Shown in pieces: positions 25,165 to 35,081 of a stretch of 40,370 nucleotides of DNA. Source of the stretch: a virus (taxonomy: Duplodnaviria > Caudoviricetes); the IMG/VR virus record IMGVR_UViG_3300012001_000021, positions 1-40,370 of that record, one strand, 5' to 3'. Position 1 is the stretch's first letter. Every line of letters starts with the position of its first letter. The translations under genes were made by a program, and so were the position numbers. The notes below the pieces were generated by a model. That model did no database searches, was not told the origin of the DNA, and saw only the letters and a list, made by a program, of their open reading frames with translations.

Positions 25165-25470
25165 ATGTCAAGAGAAACTAAAAAGTGGTATAGGAATAGG
25201 GTCAGAAACGATGATATGTGGGGAGATGCTAAAAATAGAGCCTACAAACGTCTTAAAAAGTGGCAGTGTAACTTTTGTACTCAGCGGAAACATTTAGAAT
25301 GGCATCATGTCGATTACAGTCATCTAGGAGAAAAGAAGGAATATAAGGATATTAGATTACTATGCCATCCGTGTCATCTAAAAGCGCATTACATATTATT
25401 CTTTAGATTACCCCTTACCCCGTTTTGGTTAAAGACAAGATATTACTATTTACGCCTTAAAAAGACTTAA
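25165..25470 (+). CDS. HNH endonuclease
   Basis: CNFC...WHHVDY..LG.E...DIRLLCHPCH. Confidence 0.85.
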   Translation: MSRETKKWYRNRVRNDDMWGDAKNRAYKRLKKWQCNFCTQRKHLEWHHVDYSHLGEKKEYKDIRLLCHPCHLKAHYILFFRLPLTPFWLKTRYYYLRLKKT

Positions 25471-25663
25471 GGACGCCTTCAGCTTTTAACGGCTTCTAGC
25501 ATCCTCTTATCTATACCCGGCAGGACAGTAAACCCCTGCGTATTGTATTCTTACTTTTCGTCTATCTATTACTAGAATGTCTACTTTCGGAATATGACTG
25601 TAGTCCCTTGTTTGAAGGACAATTCTCAACAACGAGTACTATACTAGTGTTACAAACCCTTTT

Positions 25664-25843
25664 ATGAAAGTCAAGTATTTTATTTTAAGCCTAGACGAGT
25701 TAGAGTGGGCACTTACTATTTTAAACAAGCATTATTATTCTGAGGATTTACGCCATCTAGCAAGAGTTTTAGCGTCCATGCCTGAGGTAATCAAAGAGGA
25801 GAATAAGACTGACAATAAGAAAGTAAATTCCAAGAAAAATTAA
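25664..25843 (+). CDS. Small hypothetical protein (59 aa)
   Basis: MKVKYFILSLDELEWAL...; open frame fills the gap, convergent with 25849. Confidence 0.4.
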   Translation: MKVKYFILSLDELEWALTILNKHYYSEDLRHLARVLASMPEVIKEENKTDNKKVNSKKN

Positions 25844-25848
25844 GACGT

Positions 25849-28113
25849 TCATCGACCCGGGACGCCCGATAACCCATTCAAGTAATTAACAAACCCTCCC
25901 GGCGTTGTAGGAGTGCTTTGCGTAGCTGATTGCTGTGGGGCGGCAGGGGCTGTTTGCTGACCTGACTGACCAGATAGACTATTAAGCGTGTATCCATAAA
26001 GAGGCGCCCAATCATTATACTTTCGTATAAACTGAGTCTGTAATTGATCTAACTTAGCCAATGCCTGTGTCTGTGTATCTCCTTTAGCAGGACTAATACC
26101 TAATACGGAAGTTACGTCAAAGTTACTAGGTCTTCCCCCCTCAGCAGATCTAGCACCAGAAAATCCTAGTTGAGTCATAAGTTGTACCATCTGTTGATAT
26201 TTAGGATCAGTAGCAGCCTTTACCATCGAATAAACAGGATTGTCGTTTAGAACTGATGTAAAGAGGCTTTTACCCGCCGAACTAGAAACTAGGCCACGTA
26301 AGTCTTGTAATTGCTGGTAGGTATTAGCAGAGTTCTGTACAAATTGTACCTGTGGATCTCCCAATTGATGTGTCTTTAAATACTGATTAACTATCTGATC
26401 ATTTTGTGAAGCCTTGCGTTGGATATCAGATGCCTGTTGATTAACCTGTTCTTGAGCAAAAGGATCACGAGAAGCAGCCGCTTGCGCTTGGTTTTTCTCC
26501 AAAATAGCTTGATCTGCTTGTTGTTGTTCAGGAGTATAGGTTTGTCCAGGTATTCTATTGCTAATAGTTGATAATTCAGGTAACTGACTAGGAAAAACTT
26601 TATTACCATTCTTATCCTGAGTAATACCTAGGTTATTGACAGTTGACGCATCTTGTGATACACTCTGTCCATGATTATCTTGGACGCCCTGTTGTTGATT
26701 GTTTTGACTTTGGTCTACTATGTTTTGCCCTGGGTTCTGTTGTTGGGAGGAGCCTTGTTGTTGATTATTATTATTCCCCGAGACTAAAGAACCCGCTATT
26801 GCTCCACCACCTAATGTTGCTGCTATAGCAGCGGGGTTAGTTAGTTTACTGACAATCCCTGCCGATTTACTAAGTCCCGATGAAAGCAGGTTAGCTACAA
26901 CCGGATTTCTTAGAGCAGACTCAATTCCTTGTTCTCCTGCGACCCCAGCAATTGAACCAGCTAGAGGATTGCCTACCAGAGTTCCAACTGCTCCACCTGC
27001 AAGTGCTCCTACAGACTTTCTCAAAAGATTTCCTGTTCCAAAAACAGAAGGAGATGACCCAAGTCTTTTACCAGCCATATCTGCTAAATCATTAAGGTGC
27101 ATAAGGTTGACTCCCGTTTGAGCTAATTTACTTCCTCCAGGTAATAACCCAGCCTTCTCAGCATCAGTAGCGGATTGATTAAGTGTCTGTCTTAAAATGT
27201 TGCCTGCTAAACGATTAACCCCAAACTTCTCAGGATCGGCGGCAAACTGTGCAGATGTCGTTTGCGCTGCGAATGCCTGTTTACCCTTCAAAATATCCGC
27301 CATAGTAGGTGTCTTTGACGCATCTGCTACTAGGTTTCCTGTTGCATCCTCAGTAATTCCCATCTTAGGAAAAACATTACTCTTTAGTTCCCCATAAAGA
27401 TTATCCCACGTCTTTTGAGCACCACTTGGCACTATCCCGTCTTTAGATCCCAGAATATTTGACTTAACCTTGTTTAGGTTATCTATAAAAGCTTGTTGTG
27501 AGGCGGGAGCACCTACATTAGCCATATCATCATAAGCCTTATTAGCTGTCTTTAGGCCTACGTCTAGACCTTCTTTATCGACACCACTTAAGCCAAACTT
27601 AGCTAAGAAGTCAGTTACGGGTTGGCCGATCTCTGAGCCAAACTGCGCTATTTGCTTACCAGATAAGTTGAGTGGTCCTAATGCGGCATCGACTGCACCC
27701 TTACCCAAAACGCTTGATAGTATCTTTCCGCCAATTAATCCAGCACCACCAGTAAGTCCTCCTATGGCTCCTTGTCCCGCCACATCCCATCCTGGTTTTT
27801 GTCCAGTTAATAAATCCTTAATATATTGTCCACCCGATTGTCCTAGCGCTGCTCCTCCAACTTCACTAATTCCAGTCTCTCCTGCAACGGGTACAAATGC
27901 TCCTGCAACTCCTCCTAAAATTCCTCCGGCGGTCGGAAGCCAATCAAGTAGTGGATTGCCCTGTGACTTCTGTATCGACTGATTACTTGGCTGAGAGGAA
28001 GCTTGTTGAGGAGCATTAATTACCTTTAAGTTAGGATTAGCCTGTAGATATTTTTGAATATCATTAGGATTAGCACCGTCTTGAATAGCGGCATTATAAT
28101 CAAAATTGTTCAT
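25849..28113 (-). CDS. Putative DNA ejection/internal virion protein
   Basis: 754 aa, G/A-rich hydrophobic stretches, Q/N-rich linkers, last gene of the virion module. Confidence 0.65.
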   Translation of the reverse strand: MNNFDYNAAIQDGANPNDIQKYLQANPNLKVINAPQQASSQPSNQSIQKSQGNPLLDWLPTAGGILGGVAGAFVPVAGETGISEVGGAALGQSGGQYIKDLLTGQKPGWDVAGQGAIGGLTGGAGLIGGKILSSVLGKGAVDAALGPLNLSGKQIAQFGSEIGQPVTDFLAKFGLSGVDKEGLDVGLKTANKAYDDMANVGAPASQQAFIDNLNKVKSNILGSKDGIVPSGAQKTWDNLYGELKSNVFPKMGITEDATGNLVADASKTPTMADILKGKQAFAAQTTSAQFAADPEKFGVNRLAGNILRQTLNQSATDAEKAGLLPGGSKLAQTGVNLMHLNDLADMAGKRLGSSPSVFGTGNLLRKSVGALAGGAVGTLVGNPLAGSIAGVAGEQGIESALRNPVVANLLSSGLSKSAGIVSKLTNPAAIAATLGGGAIAGSLVSGNNNNQQQGSSQQQNPGQNIVDQSQNNQQQGVQDNHGQSVSQDASTVNNLGITQDKNGNKVFPSQLPELSTISNRIPGQTYTPEQQQADQAILEKNQAQAAASRDPFAQEQVNQQASDIQRKASQNDQIVNQYLKTHQLGDPQVQFVQNSANTYQQLQDLRGLVSSSAGKSLFTSVLNDNPVYSMVKAATDPKYQQMVQLMTQLGFSGARSAEGGRPSNFDVTSVLGISPAKGDTQTQALAKLDQLQTQFIRKYNDWAPLYGYTLNSLSGQSGQQTAPAAPQQSATQSTPTTPGGFVNYLNGLSGVPGR

Positions 28114-28847
28114 TGGTTTCCTCCTGTCGGAAAGTAATTAGCATAAACAGATTTTAAAACATCCCCCATATTTCCATTAGGGTCATAGTATTCAACTCCT
28201 AGATTTGGTCCTGTGGCATTTCCTGACATACCAGTTAATCCTACCACAGTATTCCCCTTAACAGTATCGCCAGGATTTACACCGACTTGGGCTAGATGAA
28301 TGAAATGCAGTTTTTCTCCCGTATCTTTATTCTGTAACATAACTGCATTGCCATATCCTTGGTTACTTCCATCTCCCGGCCTGCCGTTAGGATTAGCCTG
28401 ATTATAGGCATTAATTACCTGCCATGTTCCAGGAGGAGCAGCTACAGGAGTGTTTGAGTTAGTAGCAAAGTTAGTATCCCTAGCATAGCCTTGAGAGAAA
28501 ACTTCAAGACTAGGATTATAGTTACCAAAGTTTTGTGTAACTTGAGTCTGGTTAGGTAAGACGTTGTTTTGAGTTAATCCACTATCCCATCCATTAGGAG
28601 CATTAACAACTTTGACACCTGGGTTTTGAGTCAGGTAGGACTTAATGAGTAGAGGATGAACACCGTCACTAATTGCCTTCTGATAATCAAAACTCCCCCC
28701 ACTTCCTTGCTGTGGAGCAGTAGTTTGAGATACGTCTTGAGCAGTGGGAGCACCAACGGATTTAAGATTAGGATTTGCAGCAAGATAGGCTTGAATCTGT
28801 TGAGAAGTAGCACCATCCTTTATCGCTTGTTGGTAATCAAACTGCAT
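28110..28847 (-). CDS. Virion protein with degenerate M23 domain
   Basis: Start MQFDY; GYGNAV, FIHL, GMSGNATG retained, Zn ligands altered. Confidence 0.75.
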   Translation of the reverse strand: MQFDYQQAIKDGATSQQIQAYLAANPNLKSVGAPTAQDVSQTTAPQQGSGGSFDYQKAISDGVHPLLIKSYLTQNPGVKVVNAPNGWDSGLTQNNVLPNQTQVTQNFGNYNPSLEVFSQGYARDTNFATNSNTPVAAPPGTWQVINAYNQANPNGRPGDGSNQGYGNAVMLQNKDTGEKLHFIHLAQVGVNPGDTVKGNTVVGLTGMSGNATGPNLGVEYYDPNGNMGDVLKSVYANYFPTGGNQ

Positions 28848-28848
28848 A

Positions 28849-29682
28849 TTAGAACTTATATGGTTGAGAAGCACCGCCACTACTATATCCCGTAGAGCTT
28901 GGAGTTACATATTTACTAAAGTCTATTGGTTTTGAAGCTGCGACAGGAGCGGGAGTATAACTAGCAGCAGCAGAACTTAAGGGCTGTATCCCACCACTAC
29001 TCCCACCAGCTACATTAGAGTTAGTACTAGTGTTGTAAAGTCCTCCCCCATAGGGAATTTGTCGGTACTGATTTGTGTCTTTAGCTATCTGGATTTGGGC
29101 TGCGTTTTGTGCTGCTATATTAGCTGCTTGCTGTTGAACCCCATAGATAGTATTTAGATTTCCTGAAGCTAGGGTAGCTGAGTTTTCAGGATTACCAGCC
29201 TGTAGGGTAGCTATAGAGTTTGCAACATCATTTAATTGTCCTTGTTCAGCAACTCCCGTTTGAGCAGATAAACCCTGATACTGTGCATCAACTGGACGAA
29301 GAGCATTAGCCTGCTCTTGCTGATAGACACCTGATTGGTTATTAATCCCTCTCTTACCTAGCTCGTTTGAGGTAGCGGTAATTTGTTGATTTTCAGCAAC
29401 TCCTTGTTGTCCCTTAATTGAGGTTAATAAGTCCTTATAGCGAGATTGTAAATCAGTTGATTGCCCCTGAAGAGAAGTAATAGCAGGTTGGTTGTTTTGT
29501 ACATTAAAGTCACGAAGTGCTTGAGCTTGTTTGACAATATCTCCCGTTGAGGGAGCGCCACTTGATCCGCCACTATTGCCAGCTTGTGGATTTTGTTTTA
29601 AATAGTCAGCGAGGGACATGCCTGTTACAGCCTTAGCCCACTCGTCGGTGGGTTCAAAGTTTGCCATTGTATATTGTGCCAT
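28849..29682 (-). CDS. Putative ejection protein
   Basis: Q/A-rich coiled coil with ELGKRGINNQSG; promoter TTGACG-N17-TACGAT-6nt-ATG. Confidence 0.6.
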   Translation of the reverse strand: MAQYTMANFEPTDEWAKAVTGMSLADYLKQNPQAGNSGGSSGAPSTGDIVKQAQALRDFNVQNNQPAITSLQGQSTDLQSRYKDLLTSIKGQQGVAENQQITATSNELGKRGINNQSGVYQQEQANALRPVDAQYQGLSAQTGVAEQGQLNDVANSIATLQAGNPENSATLASGNLNTIYGVQQQAANIAAQNAAQIQIAKDTNQYRQIPYGGGLYNTSTNSNVAGGSSGGIQPLSSAAASYTPAPVAASKPIDFSKYVTPSSTGYSSGGASQPYKF

Positions 29683-29713
29683 ATTATTATCGTAGCTCTT
29701 TTTTTAAGACTCG

Positions 29714-29950
29714 TCAATCAGTCTTAGCAGTATGTACGACCTGCTCGCCTCTACCGCTTAAATCAAAGTCAAGACTTATCTTATGAAGATTATATTTATC
29801 TATTCTAATGTTCCCCTGATTATCTTTAATCACATAATGAAGTTGATTATTCTCATCAACCTCTGTTCCTATAACCGCATCTCCTCTTGTTGTTTTCATA
29901 ATAGGAACTTGATGTTTATTATATTTATTTAATAAGGCTTTAGTATTCAT
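29714..29950 (-). CDS. Hypothetical protein
   Basis: 78-aa ORF coupled to the upstream gene. Confidence 0.6.
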   Translation of the reverse strand: MNTKALLNKYNKHQVPIMKTTRGDAVIGTEVDENNQLHYVIKDNQGNIRIDKYNLHKISLDFDLSGRGEQVVHTAKTD

Positions 29951-30720
29951 TATGTCCCTAATATAATATATGACAGTACATAAGCATTTAGCTTAGCAGT
30001 TCCCCCGCCATTAATTTTATAGTTAAGATTTAATGTATGTGTCCCAGCGGCAAGCGTATAAATAATAGAGGAGGCTGAGACAGCATTGTCTAGATTTGTT
30101 GTCCAAGATGAGCTTCCAAAGTTAATATTTTGCAATGCCCAAAACCCAAAAACAGGATAACTTAAAATCTCCCCTGCAGAACTATCAGCTATTTGAAACT
30201 GGATAGAGCTTGCATTCTGACTACAGTCATTATTATACGCTGCTATAAAAAGATTAATCAGTACATTAGTCGATCTGGGTAAGTTAAAAGCGTTAAGACT
30301 TGCTCCCGGTACAGCCGAGTAAGCTGTACCAGTAGTAGTATGAAGAGTTGTATCGATAATTTGATCATTAGGAAAGTTAACCGTTGAAACAACCCCCGCT
30401 GAGTCTAGTATGGTCTGAAGATTACTATTATTAATAGTAATACTCCCGCTTGTTACTGAAAGACCAGTATTATCTCCCTGGACTATTACCGACCCTAAGC
30501 TATTTTTGATTTTAATCATCCCGTTACCATTAGCTGTTCCGCCTAGAGTAACCGTTCCACCATTACCTTGGGAAAAATTAAAGACTCTAATTTTTGATCT
30601 CCCGATAATGTTACGATCAGTTGAGATGTCAAATTGTGAGGCTGTATCATCTAGGGGACGACTAATAAAACTATCGTTAGCTACTCCCGTTTGAGATAAG
30701 TTAAGTGCTTTAAAATCCAT
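29950..30720 (-). CDS. Putative tail spike/needle protein
   Basis: Beta-rich; C-terminal AGTHTLNLNYK domain; start MDFKAL. Confidence 0.55.
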   Translation of the reverse strand: MDFKALNLSQTGVANDSFISRPLDDTASQFDISTDRNIIGRSKIRVFNFSQGNGGTVTLGGTANGNGMIKIKNSLGSVIVQGDNTGLSVTSGSITINNSNLQTILDSAGVVSTVNFPNDQIIDTTLHTTTGTAYSAVPGASLNAFNLPRSTNVLINLFIAAYNNDCSQNASSIQFQIADSSAGEILSYPVFGFWALQNINFGSSSWTTNLDNAVSASSIIYTLAAGTHTLNLNYKINGGGTAKLNAYVLSYIILGT

Positions 30721-30721
30721 A

Positions 30722-32158
30722 TTATGATCCTGTCTGGATACCCTCCACATCTATTTCACCACCAAAACAAGTCCACTGTGATGTCTTAGAGTCGTCCGAT
30801 ACTTTCCAGAATAAAAACTTACCTCTCGATCCTACAGGAAAGCGATAATCCATTACACCCGATGAACTATCAAAACCATTAATTGATAGAATCGGCGTCC
30901 ATGCTCTTTGATCAGTTGGGATACGTAAACTATCTGTTAGGGCAATTGAGAATCTTGCCTGAGAACCGGGATCAAACATCATACGCATCCTGTTCCATTT
31001 CTTATCAAGAAGTGTCCCGCCATGAATAACACCGACTACCTCAGAGTAAATAGCCGTACCGTTATCGGTAGTTGCCGTTCCCGACGTTTGATAAACTTGT
31101 CCAGCATTATTACCCATAATAAGTTGCTGATTACCCTGATAGTCTTTATATGAGTGATAACTTGTTGGTAAGAAAGGATATTGATAAACGCCAAAGTTAT
31201 TCTGGAGATAGTCGTAATACAAAACGGCATTATCTATAGTCTTACCCACAGAGTCATCAGTTATTGTACCTAGTGACATATAGTAGTTATATCTATGCAC
31301 TCCCCCAGCCATTACATCAAATTGTGTTCCTGCAACGGCAGAACCTGTATTGTTATAAAAAAGAGGCTGAACTAGACGAGAAATTAACTGCGGTCTTCCT
31401 CCGTCACAACCATACACCCCTAATCTGTTAACCCAAAAGCCATAGTCCTCAGACTTGTCAGAAACCATTGGTGATGTCATAGCTAAATTAGTTGCCATAT
31501 CGACTAAAGAATAACCATCCCAGCGATGCATTAGGCCTGATGATTTATGTGTTAATAATCTATCGGCTAACTTAATAGCCTTGATTAATTTACCAGCTCC
31601 CGGAATATTTAGCGATGATGAGTCAGAAGTCCCTGATGTATTCCAGTTCGTAGCGTCTCCTGTGGTTGAGTAGAAAAGATCTGATGCAGTTCCTACGGCA
31701 TACATTCGCTGCTGATAATCTATAAAGTCTTTAGCAAGAGGAGCAAGGGTAGTATTAGTAAAAGATGTCCCATCAGTTGTGTGACGAGTTGAGCCAACTC
31801 CATCACCAACGATCATGACATCATTTAATATTCCTGATCTTACTGTTCCACCAGTTGCAATAGAGCCATTAGTAGCGGCTGTCCATGCTCCAGTTCCTTG
31901 AGCAGAGTAATATATGTTAGTGCCAGAAGATCGGTAAAGAGTGGGAGCTGTCCCTTGTGAGGTACGAAGGGAAAAAAGTGAGGTCACTTGGTTGGTATCT
32001 GGCGTTCCTAGAAAAGCATTTATGCCACTACGCTTTGACATAGCACCAATAGGATTAAAGTCGACATTAATAGCAACTAACGTGTCTCCTATTTGGTGAT
32101 TAACAAGACTGGTCTGTAGATTAAGACCGTCTAGCTGAAACATTGGTACTACAGGCAT
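30722..32158 (-). CDS. Putative tail nozzle protein
   Basis: 478-aa beta-propeller-like; GAMSKRSG near N-terminus, RMYAVG..LFYS; follows the adaptor. Confidence 0.7.
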   Translation of the reverse strand: MPVVPMFQLDGLNLQTSLVNHQIGDTLVAINVDFNPIGAMSKRSGINAFLGTPDTNQVTSLFSLRTSQGTAPTLYRSSGTNIYYSAQGTGAWTAATNGSIATGGTVRSGILNDVMIVGDGVGSTRHTTDGTSFTNTTLAPLAKDFIDYQQRMYAVGTASDLFYSTTGDATNWNTSGTSDSSSLNIPGAGKLIKAIKLADRLLTHKSSGLMHRWDGYSLVDMATNLAMTSPMVSDKSEDYGFWVNRLGVYGCDGGRPQLISRLVQPLFYNNTGSAVAGTQFDVMAGGVHRYNYYMSLGTITDDSVGKTIDNAVLYYDYLQNNFGVYQYPFLPTSYHSYKDYQGNQQLIMGNNAGQVYQTSGTATTDNGTAIYSEVVGVIHGGTLLDKKWNRMRMMFDPGSQARFSIALTDSLRIPTDQRAWTPILSINGFDSSSGVMDYRFPVGSRGKFLFWKVSDDSKTSQWTCFGGEIDVEGIQTGS

Positions 32159-32159
32159 A

Positions 32160-33302
32160 TTAAATTAAAAGTGCATCTTGACCGTCCGAGGGTTCTATTT
32201 GTTCGATATAAACAGCTCCACTAAATGACCGGGGAGTAATCTGAGAAGTAAACTTCTGTAATCCTAACTTAGCGTTGTTCTCAAGATTAGTCCCCTCATC
32301 TATCTTTCCATCTCGTTTTCGTGCCTGAGCCTCGCCATAGTCTACAAATGACTTCGTGTAATTATGCATAACTACAGGTAGTTCGTCAGTATCCTCAACT
32401 AAAAGAGGGGTAGTTTTATAGTAGACAAGTCGTGCTGATCCTGCTACGTCATTAGGGAGTCTCCCAATAATATTATCTCCCTGAAAGAAATAGTAAGGGT
32501 GAGATTGATTAAAAAGCTCAGTTGGTTCAAAGCCGGTAATATCTTTCTTAGTCGCCTTAACCCACGTATTACCACCATCATAGGTAAACCAAACTCTACG
32601 AATATCTTTATAGTCAGTACTAGTAATCGTCCCTAATTGAGCCGTTCCACCAAAGTCAATATCGACAGTTCCGAGTGAGTAATCTTTGTTAACATCTATT
32701 GCCGCATTGGTCATTACCTCCATCCATTCGTTTATCCAGTCATCGAGGTCTGAGTCTTGAGGAATATAGGAGGAGTCATATAATTTCCCTCTTATGCGTT
32801 GTCGCATTTTAGCCTTTGAATAAAAAGTAAATCCTGCTGAGGTAATCCAGTCCGACTCAGTTGAATTAACTGATAGAAGAGAAGCTCTAAAGTAGGTTTT
32901 ATAAGCGTAGGCAGTTGAACCCGAGGTATCGTCAAAGAAAGTAAATTTACTATCTGGTGTTATGTTAATTGTTCCGTTAGTAACAGGTGTGGCAGCGCCT
33001 GATGTCCCTAGCGTTGATCTCTCAAAGACTAACTGATCATACTTTATCGCATAAATAGGTGTATCGGTCTGATGATCAAAGCGTGATGTCCCTGTTGTTG
33101 TTATTTGTGTACCTGAGATATTAGACGAGGCTATCAGTATTTCTGCTTTTTCCTCTCCTGTTTTACCTAACTGAATAGCCCAACTGCCTGTAAACTGATT
33201 GATATTTTGAAGAGGGAAGGCTGTACCGCCTGCTGAGACAGAAGAGGTTAGATAGGTAACGGGGGCATTAAGATCAAGCGTATTTTTAGTTTTCAGCAAC
33301 AT
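32160..33302 (-). CDS. Putative head-tail adaptor protein
   Basis: C-terminal half MRQRIR...DSDLDDWINE...DTDELP; start MLLKTK 6 nt after TACTAT. Confidence 0.65.
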   Translation of the reverse strand: MLLKTKNTLDLNAPVTYLTSSVSAGGTAFPLQNINQFTGSWAIQLGKTGEEKAEILIASSNISGTQITTTGTSRFDHQTDTPIYAIKYDQLVFERSTLGTSGAATPVTNGTINITPDSKFTFFDDTSGSTAYAYKTYFRASLLSVNSTESDWITSAGFTFYSKAKMRQRIRGKLYDSSYIPQDSDLDDWINEWMEVMTNAAIDVNKDYSLGTVDIDFGGTAQLGTITSTDYKDIRRVWFTYDGGNTWVKATKKDITGFEPTELFNQSHPYYFFQGDNIIGRLPNDVAGSARLVYYKTTPLLVEDTDELPVVMHNYTKSFVDYGEAQARKRDGKIDEGTNLENNAKLGLQKFTSQITPRSFSGAVYIEQIEPSDGQDALLI

Positions 33303-33320
33303 AATAATATAGTAGCACAA

Positions 33321-34013
33321 CTACCAGAATTTAGAGTTAGGTGTCATAAAATGACCACCTACATATATTATTTGTACCTCTGCTGCAGTTAAAGCCCTGC
33401 TAAACACTGCCACATCGTCAATAACCCCAGCAAAAAAATTAGTAGCCGTAGTATCACCACTTATTGCAAAGCCATCTGTACCTGTACTAATGCCACTTCC
33501 AGAAGAAGCACCACCACCCTTACTTACCCCATCAACGTATAAAAGGTAGTTTGCTGCGTCATAAGCATATACGTAATGATGAAAGACACTATCTGCTATT
33601 GAGCCTGTGTAATTTGTTCTATCATTAGCTACACCTATTCTTGTTCTCCCAACAACTAGCCTTGGAACCCCAACATTATAATCGTAATAAAAGTCAGTTC
33701 TTGTATCCGTAACATTACTACTATGACAAACTATATTCTGAATACCTGATGTTATCTCAGAGGTAACCTTAGCCCAGAACGAAATAGATATAGCTCCTCC
33801 ATCAATTCCTAGTTTACTTGTAGTGTTTAGGTGTTTAGTGGTATTAGGAGTTCCAAAATCAAATCCGTTATTAAACTTAGCAGCATTGAAAGCTACTGAG
33901 CCTGTATCGGTAAGATTGAAAGCGTTTGTTGTTGAATCATTAACATTCTCAGCCTTATAGTAAGCTACTAGGGAAGCATCATTGATTAGATTAGTGTCTA
34001 CTACTTGAGGCAT
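33321..34013 (-). CDS. LamG/ConA-like domain protein
   Basis: LVAYYK, SISFWAK, FHHYVYAYD..LYVDG, GVIDDVAVFSRALT. Confidence 0.88.
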   Translation of the reverse strand: MPQVVDTNLINDASLVAYYKAENVNDSTTNAFNLTDTGSVAFNAAKFNNGFDFGTPNTTKHLNTTSKLGIDGGAISISFWAKVTSEITSGIQNIVCHSSNVTDTRTDFYYDYNVGVPRLVVGRTRIGVANDRTNYTGSIADSVFHHYVYAYDAANYLLYVDGVSKGGGASSGSGISTGTDGFAISGDTTATNFFAGVIDDVAVFSRALTAAEVQIIYVGGHFMTPNSKFW

Positions 34014-34549
34014 TATTTAACGAACCCTGAGGCGGTAATGCTCATAGTTCCATTAGCAGACTGGATATAGGTAATAGCTGATCCCGAAGAACCGAAAAGA
34101 GGCGTTCTGAAATTACTTGTTACACCGCCATATTGAGCAAAAGAGACTGTGCCAAAGATAGGATTAGCCGTACCGCCATTATGTAAAGCAAAGGTTGTTT
34201 GTGTTCCCGCTGAAACGATAAGATCAGTAATATAAATACTCGATCCACCAACTGCTGCCTTTAGCGTTCCTATGGTTGAAGTACCAATATTGACAGTCGT
34301 TCCCCAAACATTAATAGGTAGTGCGGATACTGCATCAACTGTCCCTAGACTAAGTACTCCAATCGTGCCTGAGTTGATTGTCCCCACTGTTAAAGCATTA
34401 GTTCCCACAGTTACAGTCCCTTGCCACGGGACTGAAGAACCAGAAGCTCCGACATCAATTTTTACCACAGGATAGTTAGCAGTACCCACTAGGTTAGCAG
34501 GAATAGGGCTTTGAGTTCCCTGATTGATCAAAAGGTTAACATTAGCCAT
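34013..34549 (-). CDS. Gly-Thr-rich putative virion protein
   Basis: 14 GT dipeptides in 178 aa; paralogous to 3168..3767. Confidence 0.6.
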   Translation of the reverse strand: MANVNLLINQGTQSPIPANLVGTANYPVVKIDVGASGSSVPWQGTVTVGTNALTVGTINSGTIGVLSLGTVDAVSALPINVWGTTVNIGTSTIGTLKAAVGGSSIYITDLIVSAGTQTTFALHNGGTANPIFGTVSFAQYGGVTSNFRTPLFGSSGSAITYIQSANGTMSITASGFVK

Positions 34550-34552
34550 AAA

Positions 34553-34750
34553 TTATGAGGTTATAGGTGACATAAATGTCTGAGTAGCAGAATAAGTGAT
34601 TGCCATAATAGGCATAAGCATTCCACTAGTTATCGTTACTGAAAATAATTGATCAACAGGCGGATTTACCTCTCCTAGATTATTAGGAGTTATGTCAAAT
34701 GCAGATAACATTTGTGGTTTAGTATCGTTGACTGAATCATTATTTGGCAT
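34553..34750 (-). CDS. Small hypothetical virion-module protein
   Basis: 65-aa ORF coupled to the upstream gene. Confidence 0.6.
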   Translation of the reverse strand: MPNNDSVNDTKPQMLSAFDITPNNLGEVNPPVDQLFSVTITSGMLMPIMAITYSATQTFMSPITS

Positions 34751-35025
34751 TATTCAAAGAAAAGAGTAACGCTTGGTGTTCCTGTAGCTACATAGTAGAT
34801 ACCATGCTTAAATCCTATATCCAAAGCGTGAGCTAGTGGACTCTGTGTAGGTGTACCGATAGTTATAGGAGTGGCTGTAGTCGTCCCTGCGGCATTATCA
34901 TGTAAAACAACCGTTCCAGTATAAGCAGAGTTAACATAAAATCCCGTTACCCTTGAGGGAATATTTTTAACTACTGCTGATCCTGCTGCGCTTATTACTA
35001 AATAGTCAAATCCTGAGTTTGGCAT
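34750..35025 (-). CDS. Putative decoration protein
   Basis: GTVVLHDNAA...DIGFKHGI, similar to the C-terminus of 5390..6073. Confidence 0.6.
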   Translation of the reverse strand: MPNSGFDYLVISAAGSAVVKNIPSRVTGFYVNSAYTGTVVLHDNAAGTTTATPITIGTPTQSPLAHALDIGFKHGIYYVATGTPSVTLFFE

Positions 35026-35081
35026 CTATACTTAGATTATAGTAGTTTAAAGGAGGTGTCAAGAGAGTTGTTCACCATAAA

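Noticed and set aside
25471-25660. Possible ncRNA or ORF after the HNH gene
   Set aside because: Only one clear hairpin (AGGACGCC/AGCATCCT) and weak promoter matches; not enough to call
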